In this document: piece by piece, positions 39,539-42,852 of the stretch
How the letters are laid out: each line of letters begins with the position of its first letter
Position numbering within the stretch: the stretch's first letter is position 1
DNA from: Pseudomonadota bacterium
GTDB taxonomy: Bacteria; Pseudomonadota; Alphaproteobacteria; MED-G09
Reading direction: 5' to 3'
DNA: 42,852 bases
NCBI GenBank assembly: GCA_036163815.1
Contig: JAYZKD010000032.1
Coordinates: 1 to 42,852, forward strand
Made by a program: the position numbers and the translations under genes
The notes under the pieces: generated by a model
Databases searched by the model: none
What the model was told of the DNA's origin: nothing
Seen by the model: the letters and a program-made list of their open reading frames with translations, nothing else

Positions 39539-39594
39539 GAAAATTTAAGATTCGATATAAAGAATTTTAACACGACTCAGGATAAATTAAATGA

Positions 39595-40308
39595 ATGTCA
39601 ACTTGGGGTAAACTCGCTGGAGCTACTGCAGGATATCTAGTAGGCGGTATAATAGGCGCAATGGTAGGAGCGGTAGCAGGTCATTATGTACTTGATAAAG
39701 ATGACGAGGATGTCGCTTTTGCTATTGCATTGATTGCCTTGTCAGCAAAAATGTCTAGGGCTGATGGTAGTTTTTCTGAGAAAGAATTAAATGCTTTTAA
39801 TGAAATTCTTAGTGAAGTTCCAGAGAATGAACTAAGTAATGTAATTAAAATATATAAATTGGCTCAGCAAGATGTAGCTGGATACGAAGCTTATGCACAG
39901 CAAATTTCTGCCATTTTTGAGAACAAATTTGAAGTTTTAGAAAATGTCCTGGATGGATTATTTCATATTGCTAAATCTGACGGTCCAGTAAATAAAAGTG
40001 AGGTTACATTTTTAGAAAATGTGGCAGGTATTTTTGGATTTTCCTCCGCAGAATTTGCAAGGATAAAAGCTAGCCATATGGCTTCAGAAATTGATGATCC
40101 TTGGTTAATTTTAGGCATTAAAACCGGATCTACTCTTGATGTTGCTCAAAAAGCTTGGAAAGAATTAGCTGCTCAAAATCATCCTGATAAATTGATAGCA
40201 AATGGAGTTCCTACTGAATTATTAGGTATGGCTAATGAGAAATTAGCTATTATAAATGGTGCTTATGATAGGATAGTAAAAGCACATAAAATAAAAGCGG
40301 GGTCATAG
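39595..40308 (+). CDS. djlA: DjlA-like co-chaperone (TM-TerB-J domain)
   Basis: Gly-rich N-terminal TM, AKMSRADG (TerB-like), C-terminal J domain with HPD (NHPDKL). Confidence 0.85.
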   Translation: MSTWGKLAGATAGYLVGGIIGAMVGAVAGHYVLDKDDEDVAFAIALIALSAKMSRADGSFSEKELNAFNEILSEVPENELSNVIKIYKLAQQDVAGYEAYAQQISAIFENKFEVLENVLDGLFHIAKSDGPVNKSEVTFLENVAGIFGFSSAEFARIKASHMASEIDDPWLILGIKTGSTLDVAQKAWKELAAQNHPDKLIANGVPTELLGMANEKLAIINGAYDRIVKAHKIKAGS

Positions 40309-40316
40309 AAATCATA

Positions 40317-41006
40317 ATGTCTTTAAATAAGAAAATTAATGCTGCTCAAGAAGCAATTAAATATATTGAGAATAATATGAAAATCGGATTAGGTACTGGT
40401 AGTACAGCAGATGAATTTACGAGATTGCTTTCGGTTAAAGTTAAAGAGGGGCTTGATGTTGTCTGTGTCCCAACATCTATAAACACTAAAAATTTAGCAC
40501 AAGAATTAGATATAGTTATAGGAAGTCTTAAAGATATTAAAGAACTTGATATAACTGTTGATGGGGCAGATGAAATTGATAAAAATTTATCATTAATAAA
40601 AGGCGGTGGAGGAGCTTTACTAAGAGAAAAGATTATATCTTATAATTCAAAAAAGATGGTTGTTATTGCTGATGATTCTAAAAAAGTTGAAAAATTAGGT
40701 AATTTTAAATTACCCGTAGAGGTTATTAGTTTTGAGCATGAAGCAACAAATTATCAAATATTAAAAAAATTAGAGGATATTGGTTATTTTGGCAGTAGTG
40801 AGATTAGAAAAGAAAATGACATTCATTTTGAAACTGATAGTGGTAATTTTATTTATGATTTGTCAATTGGATTAATTGAAGAACCTTATATTGTGAATAA
40901 TGTATTAAATTCTATTCCTGGTGTAGTTGAAAATGGCTTGTTCGTAGAAATGGCTGATATTGTAGTATTAGGAGGAGAAAATAATATAGAGGTTATAGAA
41001 AAATAA
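40317..41006 (+). CDS. rpiA: Ribose-5-phosphate isomerase A
   Basis: GLGTGSTA, DGADE, KGGGGALLREK, PGVVENGLF. Confidence 0.97.
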   Translation: MSLNKKINAAQEAIKYIENNMKIGLGTGSTADEFTRLLSVKVKEGLDVVCVPTSINTKNLAQELDIVIGSLKDIKELDITVDGADEIDKNLSLIKGGGGALLREKIISYNSKKMVVIADDSKKVEKLGNFKLPVEVISFEHEATNYQILKKLEDIGYFGSSEIRKENDIHFETDSGNFIYDLSIGLIEEPYIVNNVLNSIPGVVENGLFVEMADIVVLGGENNIEVIEK

Positions 41007-42098
41007 TTAAACTGCTCCAGCCTTTTTTGCATACAACCAACCGGCTTCTGCCAAGGGTCTTACTCTATCTGCTCTATCTTCAGCATGCTCACTCGCAGCA
41101 GTTCCATCTCTAACCCTCCCTATAATTCCCTGTAAAATGCCAGCTAATCTAAAGAAATTGTATGCGAGGTAGAAATCTATATTTTCTATACTAGGTCTGT
41201 TTGTATTATCACAATACATCTTTATATAATCTTCAGCATCAGGTATTCCTAGAGATTTTAGATCAGAATTAGATAATGTCTCTGCTCCATCCCCTAGTCC
41301 ACCACTAGGCATATACCACTGCATTAAATGATAAGTAAAGTCTCCAAGAGGATGCCCAAGCGTAGATAATTCCCAATCGAGAACTGCTAAAACTTTTGAG
41401 CTATTTTTTTCGACTACCATATTATCAAGCCTATAATCTCCATGAACTATAGATGTTTCATCATCTTCCGGTATATTATTTGGTAACCAATCAATTAGTG
41501 AATTCATCTCTTTAATTTCCTCAGTCTCTGAGGCTATATATTGTTTCGTCCAACGAGAAATTTGACGTGCAAAATAATTTCCTGGTTTTCCAAAATCTTC
41601 CAGCCCTATACTCTTGTAATTAGCGTTATGTAGGGTAGCTAATGTTTTATTTTTCTCTTTAAAGATTTCTGATCTCAATTCTTTGTCACAATTCGGAAGG
41701 GTAGGTTCCCAATAAATATTCCCTTCTATCATCTCCATTATATAAAAGATTGTACCTATAATACTTTCATCAAGACATAATCCGAAAGTTTTTGGAACAG
41801 GATAGTCAATTGAATTAAGTGCTGTAATAACTTTGTATTCTCTATCTACGGCATGCGCAGATGGAAGAAGTTTTCCTGGAGGTTTTCTTCTAAGGACATA
41901 CTTTTTTTTAGGCGTTACAAGTTGATATGTTGGGTTTGATTGCCCACCTTTAAATTCATTAACTTTAATAGGACCTTCAAAATCACTTATTGTATCATTT
42001 AAATAAACTTCTAATTCCTTTTCAGGGAATCTTAATTTATCTTGTACTGGCATAGTTCCAGTAAATTTTTCTGTTGAAGTTTTTTCTTCTGAATCCAT
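41007..42098 (-). CDS. APH-like phosphotransferase, ACAD10/11 kinase-domain (LvaA-like) subfamily
   Basis: FKGGQSNPTY, LRRKPPGKLLPSAHAVDREY, HGDYRLDN, VLDWELSTLGHP. Confidence 0.9.
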   Translation of the reverse strand: MDSEEKTSTEKFTGTMPVQDKLRFPEKELEVYLNDTISDFEGPIKVNEFKGGQSNPTYQLVTPKKKYVLRRKPPGKLLPSAHAVDREYKVITALNSIDYPVPKTFGLCLDESIIGTIFYIMEMIEGNIYWEPTLPNCDKELRSEIFKEKNKTLATLHNANYKSIGLEDFGKPGNYFARQISRWTKQYIASETEEIKEMNSLIDWLPNNIPEDDETSIVHGDYRLDNMVVEKNSSKVLAVLDWELSTLGHPLGDFTYHLMQWYMPSGGLGDGAETLSNSDLKSLGIPDAEDYIKMYCDNTNRPSIENIDFYLAYNFFRLAGILQGIIGRVRDGTAASEHAEDRADRVRPLAEAGWLYAKKAGAV

Positions 42099-42099
42099 T

Positions 42100-42852
42100 T
42101 TAATCCTTTAATGCTCGCCAACCGATATCTTTTCTATAGTAACAACCTGGCCAATTTATTTCACTTATTACTGAAAAAGCATTTTCTTTGGCCAATTTCA
42201 AACTATCTCCATATCCATTTATATTTAACACTCTTCCTCCTGAGGTTACAATATTTTCTCCATCTCTTTTTGTTCCAGCATGATATATTTCAACTTTATC
42301 ATTATTTTTAATTTTTTCTATACCTTCAATCTTAAAGCCAGTTTTATAATCTTCAGGATAACCGCTTGAAGATAAAACAATTGTGATTGCATAATTATCG
42401 ATCCAATTTATTAAATAATTATCAAGATTTTGATTTTTAACATTTATTAAAAGATCGATTAAATCATTTTTTAATCTTGGAATAATAACCTGACATTCTG
42501 GATCGCCAAACCTCACATTATATTCTATTAATTTCGGTTCGCCTTCATTTATCATTAATCCTGCATATAAAATTCCTACATAAGGTGAGCCAGAATCTTT
42601 CATTGCCGTTAAAGTGGGTTCTATAATATTTTTAATAGTTTTTTCAATTAATTCTTTTGTCATTACTGGCGCAGGTGAGTATGCGCCCATACCTCCAGTA
42701 TTTAGACCTGTATCGCCTTCTCCGATTCTCTTATGATCTTGGGCAGAAGTAAGAGGAATAAAGTTTTTACCATCTGAAATAACAAAGAAACTAGCTTCTT
42801 CGCCTTCCAAAAACTCTTCAATAACAACTTCATTACCTGCCAATCCAAATTT
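42100..42852 (-). CDS. purD: Phosphoribosylamine-glycine ligase, C-terminal part; starts beyond the window
   Basis: EEFLEGEE, QDHKR, NTGGMGAYSP, EYNVRFGDPE, TSGGRVL, YRKDIG; frame stays open to 42852. Confidence 0.97.
   Translation of the reverse strand, partial: KFGLAGNEVVIEEFLEGEEASFFVISDGKNFIPLTSAQDHKRIGEGDTGLNTGGMGAYSPAPVMTKELIEKTIKNIIEPTLTAMKDSGSPYVGILYAGLMINEGEPKLIEYNVRFGDPECQVIIPRLKNDLIDLLINVKNQNLDNYLINWIDNYAITIVLSSSGYPEDYKTGFKIEGIEKIKNNDKVEIYHAGTKRDGENIVTSGGRVLNINGYGDSLKLAKENAFSVISEINWPGCYYRKDIGWRALKD

Noticed and set aside
1849-42311. About 25 short ORFs (60-120 aa) in the track overlapping larger genes, e.g. 1849-2058, 9613-9897, 11559-11921, 28482-28814, 35660-36001
   Set aside because: They are antisense or alternate-frame shadows of well-supported genes, with no recognisable motifs or RBS.
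1-42852. CRISPR arrays, tRNA/rRNA, IS elements, riboswitches, known anti-phage defence systems
   Set aside because: The largest intergenic gap is about 200 nt; no repeat-spacer pattern, cloverleaf, transposase, nuclease or defence domain was recognised.

Overview
This is an AT-rich, densely packed chromosomal segment of a streamlined bacterium, most likely a marine alphaproteobacterium (inferred from the xseB-ispA-dxs, aroC-fabI-pdxH and tadA/rluB-rsmD synteny and protein styles). I found about 45 CDSs, two truncated by the window ends (an SDR at the left, purD at the right), and no rRNA, tRNA, CRISPR array, integrase or transposase. Housekeeping genes (nadA/nadC, pyrC, class II DAHP synthase, aroC, dxs, fabI, pdxH, rpiA, purD) are interleaved with many lipid/acyl-CoA catabolic genes: five acyl-CoA dehydrogenase subunits, a CoA ligase, a Baeyer-Villiger monooxygenase, an esterase, a Rieske oxygenase, an enone reductase and a crotonase. 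The most notable observations are: (1) a cyanophage-type MazG gene whose ribosome-binding site is complementary to its own 3' end; (2) a split ACAD10/11- or Lva-type kinase plus dehydrogenase pair; (3) an SDR-BVMO-esterase module inside an accessory block (23.4-35 kb) that partly looks gammaproteobacterial; (4) an hsp20 with a sigma32-like promoter, ROSE-like thermometer and terminator; (5) an orphan secreted repeat protein behind phased TTAA-N7-TTAA boxes. All family assignments come from motifs recognised by eye; no database search was run.
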